Positions 33,401-48,554 of a stretch of DNA of 64,000 bases are shown piece by piece (the stretch's first letter is position 1; the number at the start of each line of letters is the position of its first letter). The stretch is from NCBI RefSeq assembly GCF_964204645.1, contig NC_134028.1, forward strand, positions 10,602,001 to 10,666,000. The letters are read 5' to 3'. A model generated the notes under the pieces. That model worked only from the letters and a program-made list of their open reading frames with translations. It was not told the DNA's origin and did no database searches. Source of the DNA: Tubulanus polymorphus (Eukaryota > Animalia > Nemertea). The position numbers and the translations under genes are program-made.

Positions 33401-36400
33401 CGATCGGCAGGCGATACTGGACCGTAAAAGCGTCCCGAGTCAAAAATGCGCTCATTTATAGTATCCCTGCCGTGCATTAAAAAACAAGAAAGAAATTCTA
33501 AAAATGGGCTTGCTGACATGGTTGTACTGAAAGCTTGCTTGGTGGTTTTGTAATTCTGTAGTAGCATTAATCGAACTTTGAACTGATTACTTTTTAAAGT
33601 GATCAGTGTTGTCTTATATCATTACATGAAATGTTACACACGGGGACTGGGGATAGGAATGATTTTATTGTAGACGTGGACCAAGTTAGTGCAAGCTTTT
33701 GGATTGTTATTTGAAAATTCAGTGTCTTAACGGAATCTATCATCATGTTGATAATTGCAAGATTACTTATCGGATTGTGTGGAAATAATTTTGCATAGAA
33801 AAATTTACAGCTGAAAGAAAAAACGTGACTAACTCGAGTGACTTCAGGTGAAGAGAAGCGAACACGAAAATAGATGAGCCACAATTTTTTTTTTTAGATA
33901 ATAAAGACGTTAAGCAAGATTAAGTTACATTTCCTTCAAATGACAATCCACTACGATCATCCGATAAAGTTTATTGCCACCATAGGCTCCCTGGCTCTTT
34001 GAAGAGACAGGGAACAAGTCTTCAATTCAATTCAGAATTTATTTTACAGAAAAGCGGTTTTTAAGTTTTAGGTATTTAAACTGAAAAATATAAATGTTCA
34101 TACAGAGATTTTACAAATGGCTGCTAACGCAAGACAACCATGGACTACCATGGCAGGTGCACATAGCTCATATTGGATGATGTGATGCATAGGGAATCAT
34201 GTTTATGAGGGATCCCCGTTGAAATATCATAAATGTAGGTCATTGTACGTTTATGCCATAAAACCAAGGATTGGAAAAATTGACTGTAAAAAATATCGTT
34301 TTTCACAGATATCTCTTAGGAATCCATAGCCATGATCCTGGTTCTTTGAGTGCAACTAGGCGCACTTATACAAATCGGCATTTCTATTGGCATGAAATTT
34401 TGTGCCACGAAAAAGCGGACACAGTTGCTTGGCATAGGTGTCAAACGATGGTAAAGGTAAACCAAATATGCTATTTTTCATGTTATTCTGCTATTCAATG
34501 CATCCTAGTGAACATAAACAGAAACCAATGTCCTTGAATCGCAACATAATTGTATATAATTCAATATTAACCTACCCCATACAAAAGTTTGGGTAACCCC
34601 GATTCCATGTAAGGAGATGTGTCCTATGACAATACTGACAATGATTAAATATCAAGACTTTAAGTTTAAATCACATGACATTTTCCTTAACAAGCAGCCT
34701 GTCGGCAGATATAGCTCCACTGTGTTGTGTTCACTTAATCATTCTTCATTTATCTAATTGCCCCATTGCTAAAGGTATCCTGAGAAGGATTAGAAATCAT
34801 AGAAATATGGGTTTTCCTGGTAGAGCAACCCAAGCTGTCAAAATCACAAAACAAGGGGTTTATTGCAGCTGTCAATCTGCTATCTGTAGCCACCCACCTC
34901 AATGATCGAAGTCAACTTTGCTGATGCCTTGACGATCAGTTTATGCAAAGATGGTGAAAGCCTGTCAATAATATGCGTAAATGGCCGTTAGTGTCTGATC
35001 CTCGACTCATAGATTGTCTAGAAACCACGACGAAAAACGAAACAAGTAACTCGAACGAGAAAGTTTGGCTATTGATATTTCAACGTTGTTAGATCGTTCA
35101 CATACAACGATAATGAAAATTCCGAAGTGAAACTAAGCCTCGTTTGCAAGTTATTTTGTACAAAAGGAAGAAATTTTCGTATGCGATAACAAAATGGACT
35201 TCGCTAAAGGGAAAGTCCATAATAAATTGCCCATGGGCAAAGTGTGGGCATTGCTTATGAAAAATCTTTTTAATTAGTGAATTCAAAGTTATTATTTTAT
35301 TTTATCTTTCTGAAATAATTATTTTGTAGTGAAATCAAGGCCAAAAATACATCTGTTTACAGTCCACGTCCAAAATTTCGCCATTATAATTATTTAAGTA
35401 GCGCCGGAATTCCCTGTATATCCCAAAAAGAGCCAAACACATTCGCTCATAGAGACATCCCCCAATCAAGGTCATTGCAATTTTATATGCAAGAACTAAG
35501 AATTTTCCAGCCATCAGTTTTTCGTAGAATTTCAACAAAGTTGACCATGTCATTGATGGAGGTTCTCCATGTCTTCGATCACATCAATTATACGTCGTTT
35601 AGGCCGAGAACCAATGAAACAAATGCTCACATGGCTCATTGCCAACTTCAATATCACTAACAAAGGTGAACCAAAATTTATCCTAAAACAATGGGTCCAG
35701 ACTGGACCAGGAATCGGACAAATAAAAACCAGAAAAAAATAGCGGGTAAACTCTAACAATATCCCTAAGGGTGCATTGTTTGGATGTCTAATGTCTAGCA
35801 TTGTGAACTAGAGCAGAATGGCGAATGTCTGTCGAATATATTGCCATTAAAATGACGATCTGTCTGTGTGAAATTTTCAAACTGGCTCCAGTTACGGGGG
35901 AATCCACACTATATCTACATACACGCATGCGTGAAGGAATAGGGTTAGGGTAAGGCGAGGCTTTATATTAAATCAACTCGCCCAACCTCCAGTCGTGTGC
36001 TGTGGCACAGTGGGTAAAGCACTCTACTTCTTTTTTGTTTGGTTTCGAATCCCAATATTTCAAGTCAGAATTTTACTGTATTGCGCATGCGCTAACTGTC
36101 CACCGTAACTGGAGCTATCGCACTCTGTTTAAGGACTCCGTAACCGAAGCCACAGGGTTTTATAAGTGTCAATGGTATTTTTGAATTTTACTACGAACAG
36201 GATTTGAACCGTACATACACCGGGGGTGGATTTAAGTGCAGAGCAGGGGGAGAACTCCCCCTCAAAAGTGCCCTAAAAAAAATTTCTATTTCTTAGTAAA
36301 CTTTTTCTATAACTTAATGTTCTGTATTGGGTGTTTCAAAAATAAAGTTGATATTTTCCGGTGACTCTCCACCAGAAAAGCCCAGATAGCTCTTAAATTG

Positions 36401-39400
36401 CATCAAATTTGGAAAAATTTTCTGGGGGTGGACCCCCAGATCCCCCCTAGGAGTTCCCCCCAAGGAGTTCGCTGAATTTAAGAATTCCCAGCTTTTCTTA
36501 TAGCATTTTCCCATAAAAATGTTTGCTTAGTCGCGATCAATTTAATACAAAATTCCCGGTTATACCATGTAAAATCTCCTATTCATTTCTATAGTAAATA
36601 AACATAGATACGATGGCCACAACGAGTTCCCCCATGTTGACTTGTCCACATTATTCATGTGTCATCTGAGCTGTATGATCACAACCCAAGCACGTGGAAT
36701 AGTGTCTGACAGTAATCGAGAATACCAGCAGTGCGGTGTTTTCAGGTAATTACGGAATTGAGGTAATTGTGGAAGTATAGTCAAATGGTAAAAACAAAAT
36801 TTGGTTAATACAGTGATTTTTGATTGTACTAATGAGGTTCGACTGTAAACCTCAGTCTAAGTGAAACAGCTAAAGAGCACCTTTATGTTTGGAATAACTT
36901 CATTGCGATGGAATGAATAGAATGTTATTACTTTGTGACGCCAAACGATTAAATCTTTAATGTCCAAATTGACAACTTGTGTTTCAATGTCAGCTTTGCC
37001 ATTTGCCTATTGTCATTTCTGCAAGTACCTCAACAAAATGTAATATTATAGATGTCCATCTCTTATGAACCTTTTCACAATAATTTTCCAATTTGTTCAA
37101 ACCAAAATAATCTGAAGGTGGCGTTGTCGGTCCTGGATCTTGATGTTAATAATAGGCCGTCCATGGTCTCTGCATGAAATCCCCGGCATTATAGTGATAT
37201 CCTGGCGAACGTTGTTGCTTTTTCTGGCGAAGTCTTGACGATCAGTTTTTATAAGGATAGCGATAGTCTGTCATATGTCTGAGCGGGCGGATACAGACAG
37301 CAGATTGACAGCTGCATATATCATTGAAGTCTTTCACCCAGATAAAACATCCAGAGAAAATTTAGAAGAGATTAGCCCAAAGATCATTGGTACCGAGTCT
37401 TATACTGATCTGATAAAAACAGTTGGACAAGTGGTCACTCCTAGGGGTCAAAATAAAACAAGAGGCCCATGGGCCTTGAAGCACTGGTAGATGATACTGG
37501 GGTAAGGTATTAAGCGGTTAATGTTTTACATCTGCTGGCTAATGTTCTATGACATGTTGATTGGGAGACCACAGCCTTAATGTACGATTTCATTTATGCT
37601 GAAAATGAATTTAATTTTTCTGCCAAACAGTTTAGCCAAGTTGTTTATACTGTTAAACCTCATGAATACGATTCTGTTAAAGACGAAACTAGTTTATTCT
37701 GATGTTTTCCATCATGTCCCAGCCAAGATATTTATATCAATCGAGATCTGGATACAAAAACCCATTTAATACAACAATTTCAGCACCTTCGCCTACAAGA
37801 TTCGTACCGGTGTCAACAAGGTAGGCCTATAACTGCAAGGGTACTCTTGACTGACTGCGGTTTTTCATGCATGAACTGTTAGGCCCTATTGCTGAATAAT
37901 GAAAACAAAAACAGAACGATTTTTCTGAATGCAAAATCCTCTAATGCATAAGGTAGATCAACTGGACAAACGTACGAATCATGACGATCCTAGGACAATT
38001 GCCCCCTGGACAACTGCCCCCCCCCCCCCGAATAAAATCCTTTTTGATCTGGATTAACACCACCTGAATACTGTACTTAGAAATTCATTTGTATATTAAT
38101 GAATATACATAGATTTATAAGATATAGAATTACTGATGTTGTGTGCAGATCAGTCTTTAAACTTTCAGTCTTTGAGTGATTATAATTCACTTACCGAATT
38201 AAAGGAAACTTAATTAGTCCACTTGTTAGTGCATTATTTAACATTGGCTAATTTATTGGAACTAGTTTTATAGTTACTTTAGCCAATCAAAAACTTTAAA
38301 TCAATCCTAAAGTAATTAAATAATTGATTAGAAGTTAATACCTGGGTTACTTTAAGATTAAAAGGATTTCATTTGGGGGCAATTGAAATGATACCCATCA
38401 AAACGTTGCGCACAAAGCGATGCCAGCGTTGGTGTCACTGAAGCCGGCTGATGATTGTTTGTCTTTTTGTTTGTTTGGCTTTATGTCGTTTGGGTCTTGG
38501 TTTCCCAGTACTAACCCTATTTTTCATTATTCATTTAACCTCACGACGGCTTTTGAAGTGTTGCACACTGTAAGCAGCCAGCAGGACTCCAACCCACTTG
38601 TCACTCAGCACTGATAGTAAGCATCACGCCTTATCTCACTGAGCTACTGAGGCCGCAGCCCAAATAACCATCCCGATATTGTAATTCACAACAAACAACA
38701 TGTAAATTTAATCACTGTTGTGGTGTTCAATGCATGGAAAAGATAATATAAATTATTTTTCCCGGCACGCATTACAAAGCGAATCTATCACTGTTTGGAC
38801 CATTAAATCAGAAATCTGGCGACGCTTTGTTGTAGGGAATAATCCAAACATTATGTTGAGTCATTTTCAGCTGTGTCTAATGTTTTATGTGAACCGGGTT
38901 ACAATTTGTTACTATAAAAATGAGAAGAGGCGGCGTTTTTTTTTCTACTACGACTTTCGATCCATTTTACTAGCATTGGCATGACGTCATAAACGTCAAC
39001 CAATGCTAAAAACAACTATCTGTTATTTAAGGCCTTGAACCACATATCATGAGTACTAAGTTTTATCTTGATCTGTTGAAGATTTTACTATTAGTAGCGA
39101 TTCATAGAAATATGGGCCCCATCGCCCAGCCTTGGGCACTCCCTGGGGTCAAATCCAAAAACGACTCAATATTCTTTAAGGCTTTGCCCACAGATCTTTG
39201 GTACCAAGTTTCATCTCGATCCAATTGACACTTATTAGGACAAGAAGCAATTCATAGAAATATGGACTCCAGGGTACCCCCTGGGGGTCAAACCCAAAGA
39301 ATGCTCTATATTGCTTTAGACCTGGTCCCACAGATCAATAGTACCAGGTTTTACATTGAACTGATGAAAACTGTAGGACTAGTAGCCATTCATAGAAATA

Positions 39401-42400
39401 CAGGCCCCACCACCCTTGGGCACCCCTGAGGGTCATATCCAAAAAAGGCTCTTCATTGTTTTAGCCCTTGGCCCACAAATCACAAGTACCAGGTTTTATC
39501 ATGATCCAATAAAACCTGTATGACTAGAAGCGAATTAGAGAAATATGGGCCCCAGCCCCTTGAGCATCCCCTGGAGGTAAAATTAAAAAAACAGCACTAT
39601 ATTGTTTCAGGCATTGGGCCACAGATCATTGGTACCAAGTTTTATATCGATCTGATAGAAAGACTAGTTGCGATTCATAGTAATATAGCTAGATGGGACT
39701 TATGTCCCAAGTGGCCTTAAAGTGAAAATAAATATCACAGTACCTGCATAATCGCTATGAATTGTGATTGGTTGTCTAATTCCTCTGTTTGCGATTTAAT
39801 GACTGTAATAACTGGAGTTTTGAAGAAATATCTCCAGTTATAGATTAATAACTGATGTAAAATTGCGTAAAGTGTTGATTTAATATCAGGCGATGACCTC
39901 TGAAAAACAAAAAGAATGACGTGAATACAATTCTAATACAGTGAAATTGAAGTCTCAAATGATTTGAAATTACCTCGGCTATAATTGGATAAATATGTTC
40001 CATGATTATAGAAATAATACTGGGTAGGAACGCTCGGAACGACGCCCCTGGTTCTTTCACAATCAATTCCAAAATCTTTAGAAATCTACGGTAGAGAGAC
40101 CATATAATAGAGTTCAAAATTTATAGAAATGAGGGACATAGTTTCAGATAACTCTTACTTCTCAATAACTTGTATCCCTGCAGTAGTTTCCTCCATTAGA
40201 ATTTTTGATAGTTGTTCCCTTGTGAACAAATTCATGAAGGTCTGAATGCTTTGTTCAGTAAACTGAACTCCCATTTGAACTTGTAAACTTTCAAATAATG
40301 CAAGGAAAAACACCAGGATGTCTTGTATAACATCTACAAATAAGAAGATTATACAATTATATTCCAGCATACACATTTCCAAATAAGTCTTATTTCTTAA
40401 AAATCTGGAGTAACATTACCTGGATTATGGATATAAACAGGAAATAATGATAGCGTGACTTGTACAACTTCCTGTATCGATTGATAGCAGATCTGTTTTG
40501 TTTTAACAACCTCTCCGGAAATTGATTCAACTTGATTCACCATCATTTCTAATGTTTTCTTTATACAAAGTTTGGCTTAAAAATGACACAAAATTTTGAT
40601 ATGTTTATTACCTACACATTTACCATGTTTGATAAACATGGGTCACACTATCCTCTCTCAGCAGGGATTTAAACTGGTGGCAGTCTTTTATGAGACTGGT
40701 ACGGCAAGGAACCCTATCTTATCAGCCTCAGTCCATTTTCTTGTAGACCATTATTAACGAATCTCAAACAAAATTTTGCTAACGTTATTCTATTCTTATA
40801 ACTATCCATGGACTTGACTCAGCAATTACATAAAAGGCAATCTCAATGGTGCTGCACATAGGTCTGCACATATGGGCACCCATGTTAATCAGACAGGGCT
40901 TCAAATCGCGGCAGAGTTCAAATCCTAGCCAAAGAATGATGAGGCCACACTAACACACATGTAGAACGTACCTTGCTCTTGAAGTGTTTTATCATCTGGT
41001 AACCCAGGTGATGATTTTAATTGCCTATACTGTTGCGTTAACTGTTTAATGAATCCTTCATGATGATTTGCTCTATCTAACCAATCCTGTTCTGTATCCA
41101 GTAAGTTCGGCCATGGCAATATCAAGTAATTAGCTAATGATTTATAAATCAAGAGTTGTATCTGAAATTAGAGTATGGTCACTATATAGCATGCCCGTAA
41201 GCAGACTGTACTTTGGAAGGGTGGGAATTTAGACATGTAGGAACTTATTTGACGATGGAGGCGGCAATTACGAATGCCATAAGCGCGAAGCTACCTGTGG
41301 GTAGGTTTGGGGGCCATCCCCCAAGAAAATTTGAAACATTTGAATCATTTGGTACATTTCCCGCCAAGTTAGTGTTAGTGTTAGTGAATATATCATATAA
41401 AAAAGTCACTGAAACACTAATGCGTAAACCAATAAATTATCTTAATAATTGACAAAAAATAGAACTCAGAATGTTGCAGGGAGGTGCTTTCAAACCCAAC
41501 GGCCTCCCTTGAGTACTGGCCTGCATAGATTATTGTTAAGATGCAGAGATAGATAAAAAGAGATCATGAGGCCATATTAGATCTTAAAGGGCAAATGCCA
41601 TCAAAATTGTACTTTCCGCGATTTCTTAACCAGAAGAAACTTTAGTATACATATAACGACCTGAGATGTGACTTATTGAAATAAATTGCCCATGGGCAAA
41701 GTGTGGTTTACTTTGAAAGCTAGATGTTGTTTGGAATAAGGACATTGCTTGAAAAATCTTATTAATTCGTGACCTCAAAGTTCCACAAGTTTATATTGTA
41801 TTTTATCTTTCTCAAAGAATTATTTTGTAGTCAAATAAGACCAAAGATATACATTTGTTTACGGTCCACGTCCAAAATTTTTTGTAGGGTACGGGGTAGG
41901 CGCGGCAGGCAAACTATTTTATATTTTCAAAAAAATATGTTTCACAATATGAATAAATATTCAAATAAGGCCATCCCAAAATAATTGTCTGTTTGCCGAC
42001 TCAACTTTTCAGGAAGAGTCGGTAAGTAGGTAGAAATTTTTTTTATTGCAAAAAATTTTTGGGCAAAAAAAAGATTTTTTCACCTTTGGGCTTTTTTACA
42101 TGTAAACAATATCGCAAAAAATCATCTACCGGGTACGTTGTGCACGGGAAATTTGTCTAATAGCGTAGATTTCAAGAATTATTCTAAAATTATAACTTCG
42201 TCCAGAGCATCATCTCTGTGTTAAAAATGAAACAGTACATTGAATATGTGCGCGCTTTTACGTTACCAGCTTTAAAATATAGTCACTATTAGAATGAATG
42301 GCAGCTTATTGGAACACTGCCAGTTTCCTGGAAAACTTAAACTAGGCCACATGTCAAGGCATGTTTTCACACGATGCACACGTGAATTCAAACATACGTA

Positions 42401-45400
42401 GCTCATACGTCGGCCGTTTTTATCAAAAATAAAATTTATTTCAATGAACCCCAGAAAAAAGTTTTCACTCGGTACCTTTGAAGTCTGGTCGGTCGGTTAC
42501 GGCAAACCGACCATTTATTTTGGGATGGCCTAAAATTCATGTGATGTCACATATCAGAGGGTGGCTGAATATTGGGTCTTGGAAACCTGGAAGCTAAAAT
42601 ACTGGTACAGAAGAAATCGGCTATTAGATCGTTTTAAATCCTGGAATTTACCCCTACAATATTCAGACCTCGACAGTTTGCTGCTTAGTATTTTCAGGTC
42701 ATTAGAAATTACAATTCATTACAAATTCTATCGAACAGAAAACACAGCGCTCATCTTCTGCTACGATTATTCTGCCTATTTTCATGTCAAACGTGCACGC
42801 GTTACAGCATCACCCTTAGTAGTGTACTGTACGAGCTTGTGTGTGTGTCGTGTAGCACTCCGCGCGCACGTGGCCTCGTGTAAGTGAATATTCACTTACA
42901 CCTCAATTTCAATCAAAACAATCACCGGGTATTAAAATGAAACAATACCTATGGCGGATGTGTGAAATAATAACATCCTCACCAGCAATGAGCATTTGAA
43001 ATTCGCACGTATACGGCACCTAGTCCAATGAAACGTACGCCATTCTATGGCTTTCCCAAAATTATTTTAGTAGCGCCGGAATTCCCCATATATCCCAAAA
43101 ACAGCCAATCCCATTCGCTCGTAGAGACGACGCCCCCCAATCGAGGTCATTGCAATTTTATACGCGAGAGCTTTTCCCGCCAAAAACAGTTTTTCGTAGA
43201 ATTTTAACTCAGTTGACCATGTCATCGACGGAGGTTCGCCATGTCTTCAATCGCATCGATTAAACGTCGTATAAGCCGAGAACCAATGAAACAAATGCTC
43301 ACAAAAAAAACCAACCGCCATTTTACATGAATTGGCTCAATGCCAACATCATATCGCTGACAAAGGTAAACCAAAAAGGAGCACGAATTGGCCATAATAG
43401 TTAGCGGAATAGTCATCTATTTATCCTTCACTCCACGCGTATAGTTCACATTCATCCCGCGGGTGGCGCTATTTATGATGTTAACTATGACAATCAACAC
43501 AAGCATGTGTGCACCCTAGTACGCGTAGCCTATGTATAATTGATAAAATAAACACCATTTGTTCACCGTATTCACTGACCTACAGCGCTACTCACTTATA
43601 TACGATTATCATGTCATATAAAACGGTAGCAGCACTATACAATGGTAAGAGTTTATTAATTCAAATCACTCCCAAAACGATAAAATATCGCATGAAATGT
43701 CTAGTGAAATGACTGGAAGCCGCGAGCATTTGTCAGAAATGACGTCAGAAACATGCACCTGCTAAGATAAACAATAACATCCTGTGCTGAAATTGCTAAT
43801 TTAAAAGTCACATTTCTCAGTAATGGCTGAACTAAAATTCAAACCAGTTCCATATTTGATATTTGTGAATACATCACATTTGAAAATGAATTTTACACAA
43901 TATTCTATTTTGATGGCATATGCTCTTTAAAGAGAGGGGTTATGGGTATGCAAGGCCATTGAAAACTAGCGGCCATGGCAACATACTGTTTGTCCAAACT
44001 AGGGGTCCAGGGACACCATGCCCACTTGGTGAAATGCTTGACAACCTGACGCAACATAACCACTGAAACAAAGTGTCAGATTTTGACAAAGAAGATAAAG
44101 TTCTTCCAACACATATAGCATTGAATTTTCACGTTTTTTATTTTGGACTGTTAAAGATGCTGCATAAACGATCGTGCGGAAATAAATCAAATTTTTTACC
44201 CTTTTTGGTAAAATTCTCTAAAAATAAGAAACCCACGGCTTTTCAACTTTGCGCATCATAAAGAAAAACAAATTACAAAATATATATTTGGTTAATCCGC
44301 TTAATTCACCCATTATTAGTGAAACTATTCGCAACTGAAATTGCGTTTAAATGTGCTAAAATAGATTTGAGCGTAGTGTATTAAAGAATCAACCGTCCAG
44401 ACCATTGACATAGACTCCCTAACCGAACTATAAATAACCTTGCCAGTCGCCACAATAATAGAACACGCCATGAACCACTATTTTGCAATTGATTGCAATA
44501 TGGAAATACTAAGTTATTTCACTATTCAATGCCCCCTGATGACCATATACAATTAGAATGTTGCTGAAGACAACTGATGCCCCCAAATCAGGGGAAATGC
44601 CTGTGTGTAAAATAGACCCTGAGCATATGTTGATGACCCGTTTATGAAAATTGAAAAATATAAAAAAGCTTTCAGTCATCCATCCATACAATTTCACCAA
44701 GTTATCTTAAAAACCATTTATGAGTTAAAAGCCTGGAAATTAAAAATACACAACTGCTCTTGGTGACCTTGACCTTTGACCTACAGTACCCGGAATCTAA
44801 TCAGTTACTCAAAGTCTCTAGGAAAACCCATCAATCAAATCAAAAAATTTCACCAAATTATCTGAAACCATCTATGAGTTAGGAAATGAAAGATACAAAA
44901 AACAGCTTCTATTAACCTCGATTTTTGACTTACAGGACCCGAAATCTACTCAGTTATCCATAGTCTCCATATAATCTCACCAAATTTATCTTAAACTGTT
45001 CATGAGTTAGAGCTTGGAAATGAAATTTACAAAATGGTTTTCTGTGATCTTGACCTTGAACCTACAGGACCCAAAATCTAATCAGTTACTAACCTCATCT
45101 AGTACAGCACAATTGTTGAATTTCAGGAAAATCTGTCCAATCTGTCAATTCGTATAAAAACAAATGACTCTGAAACTAACCACAATTGTGGTTATAAAAT
45201 ATGCATAGGTACCAATATCAACAGACAAATTGTATACAATTCAATATCAAGCTCCCCCTGTTGGCAAAGAAAAAAGGGTAATCCCAATTCTATGTGAGGA
45301 GATTTAAGAAAGTACTAACAAATACTAAACATCAATATTTTCTTTTAAAAAAAACTTGTTTCTGTGAATGAAGGCTGATTACATTACTAATCCAAAAAAC

Positions 45401-48400
45401 CTGTCTAGTTGCCTATGTCAAAGATCCGTTCCTAAAGGATACCTATGAAGAATTACAAACATGACAAAACATTAGGAAACTACCAGTCTCTGATTTCAGG
45501 CCAAAAATGGATACAAAAAAAGGTTAGGTCACAGAATTGCCATCTTGTAAATGCAAGATGCTACAGGATATCGATGGTTTCAAGTTCTGAATTTTCTCAT
45601 TTGATGGCGCTAGTCATAATTGGAATTTGGAACCTAAATATGCCATGTTTTAATCCGCTGCAATAAAAATCTTGCTTGAAGCGTGAATTCTGGGCCCAAA
45701 ATTTCAGTACTACCCTGACTAAGCCACGAAGAGGCCTTGAATAATATAATCCTGTAATAAATCCTAGTGTGAACACTGATATCATGTGGAAATGGCATTT
45801 TGGCAGTGACTCGCAGACTGTACCATTGATTAAAACTTGGATAATTCATCGTAGATTAATTAAGCTAGTACGGTACATGTATATTATAGTGTAGTTTATT
45901 TTGCATTATAGATTGATACAAAGATATGTAATAACAATATGATACGGAACGCTATGAAAATATAATAACAATCATTGTAGCAATAGATTATGCGAGGAAT
46001 TAGGAAAAGCCAAAGTTGGCTTAAACTAGCCCTAATCCCTCGTCCATTCACTCCCACATGCGCACCCTCATTCACTCTCATATGCACACGTTACCAAACA
46101 ATTGGATACATACATTCAAAATGGAAAAACAAGCAAGTAGCATGCAAAGGGTATCAATCAATAAATAGAACTAAGGAAATGATGAAGACTTTTTTTAAAA
46201 GCTGATGGAGATTAAGGGCATTTGAGGCTTGTGCTTAAACTGTTCCAGAATTTGGCCCCTTGGATTTTGATAGACTTGTATTTGTAATTGGATTTAGCAA
46301 ATGCTATATGTAGGAACGTATTAAGTAATTTAGTCGAGTGACATCACTCAGTGACAGGGCCAGGCTTATCTGATGCATCATACAGTCAAAGCTCATTAAC
46401 CCAATAGCACTTAAGCCGCCTGTCTCCGCCCTGCATATTACTCCGCAAGCAGCCCGAATCCGCCCCGGCACTTTTTTCGTATGCTGCACGAAAACGGTTA
46501 TAGTGGGATTTGTACCCAAGAGCTTATGATTAACTATACACCAAAGTCCTTAAATTACCAAACAGAAATCAACTTCCTCCTATTTCAATTTCTCGAGTAT
46601 TTCGAGTTTGAACATGACACATCTGAGCCTCACTTCAAATCCAAGTAAGTTTGGATGAATTTTGGGGGGCCATAAGGACACAATTTTGGTGGCCAACCTC
46701 ATCAAAACATACATTATATGAAAGTCTTCACTATTTACTACAAAATATAACTAACTTGTAATGCATGGAAATAAACAGCAAAAAGAGCTATTCGGTATCG
46801 TGATGAACTTATATATAACTTTGAATTTCTGAGGAGTAATTGACACTACATAGTGCAATTCCTGCATGCTAATGGGTTAATATGAAAAGGCCTACATGAG
46901 ATTTTTTTTGTTTTTGTGATTTCTTGCTCACATGGCTGGGGTATCAATTCACAATCAGATGATATGAAACCTGTTTAGGACCCCTACCACAATGGTCAGT
47001 TGATAATTAATCAGTAATCTAAATGGCCTGAGTATGGGGGGATGGGGAGTAGTTTATCAAAGCATACATGAGATAAGAAGAAATATATCATAAAACTTAC
47101 ATCGTTACTGAAACTACTGTAATAGCCTTGACTACAATTGTTATATAAAGCCTGAATTTCAGGAAGCTGCAGTAGAAACGGTGGTCTGACTAGTGTCATT
47201 AAGGAAACGAACAGGTGAGCCGCGGAATGTACAATTTTCTTTGGTATCTGAAATATTTGATAGAATACTCTTAGTAACCTCATATGAACCCTATAACCTT
47301 CTTAATTTTCATTTGTACTTACATCTTTCTCAAACAATGGTGTAACTACTTTTATGTGGCTCATCACTATCGATACAAATTTATCTTTGTGCTGTGTATG
47401 TTGCTGAGTTTCAGAACCAAACTGAGTTAACCAATGAGTGAATGTCTTTAATGAAGCCAATGACTGAGCATGTCTGCAAATAAATAAAATATCATTCCAA
47501 ATAATTGTTTGTTAAACTTTCTTGCTTAACTCTTTCGCCACCAGTCTCAACTAGAGTAAAAAAAAATTGTATGTTCAACTAGAAACAATCGTTCTATGTG
47601 GTCGAGTGAGCAACAAGTTCTCTATCTCTTCACAACTTACAATAAATCAGTTCAGCTGTTCAAATTTAACAATAGTTACGTATAAGACCATAAACTTTTA
47701 CAGGAAAATCGTAACAGTTGGCAGGTCTGATAGCCCGCGCAAACTGTAACTACCCTGTAACATAATCCTCTCATCACAAACCTTAGCGTCATATCGTAGT
47801 GCAAGTACTCGAATCAAGTTGAGGGCTCAGGTGCCTAAAATTCAACTCTTCAATAAGATTGAGTTCTTGATAGAACAAATCAAGATCTTTAATGATGTGA
47901 TATTATCAAACTGCTTCACGAATGCATGTTGAAATCAATTAGGATTTATTGAGTACAGGTGGTTTAATTCAGTTTCAAAGCTGAATCACATCAAAAACAT
48001 GGTATAAGTACATATATACATAAGTGCCATATGCCAATGGGTACAATTAGTTCATGCAACTCCCAACGGAACTATGAAAGCGCCAAACAACTAAGGTACA
48101 TCAGTACTTTTTACGTGGTAGCCCTTGTGGATCCACGTATCCCGGATATGTGTCGCGCTCCTTCAAAATAGTTGCATACTATGAACTAATAAGAATTATT
48201 TTAGTGAAATCTTTGTGCGCTTCCCAGTGCCAAATTTAAACCAGCAAGGCAGAAACCCGTTGTCGCTGCTTTGCAGCTATATTTATATATTATTATTACT
48301 TCATTATAAAAAAAATTTCATTTGAATGCCACTTGAAACAATGCATTCATACGTGCACTAGCGAGCATTTCAATATCACTATATAAAAGTGTATACCGTA

Positions 48401-48479
48401 GTCGCGCATGGCGTGAACGTTCGCTTAAACTTATATGGTCAATCAGAACAGACTACCAACAGTGGATATATAATATATG

Positions 48480-48554
<75 letters not shown>

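Noticed and set aside
38560-38656. Functional tRNA genes (also 60245-60335, 36000-36055, 62672-62740)
   Set aside because: Only A/B boxes are recognisable. There is no clean cloverleaf, the copies differ by indels, and they sit inside dispersed repeats.
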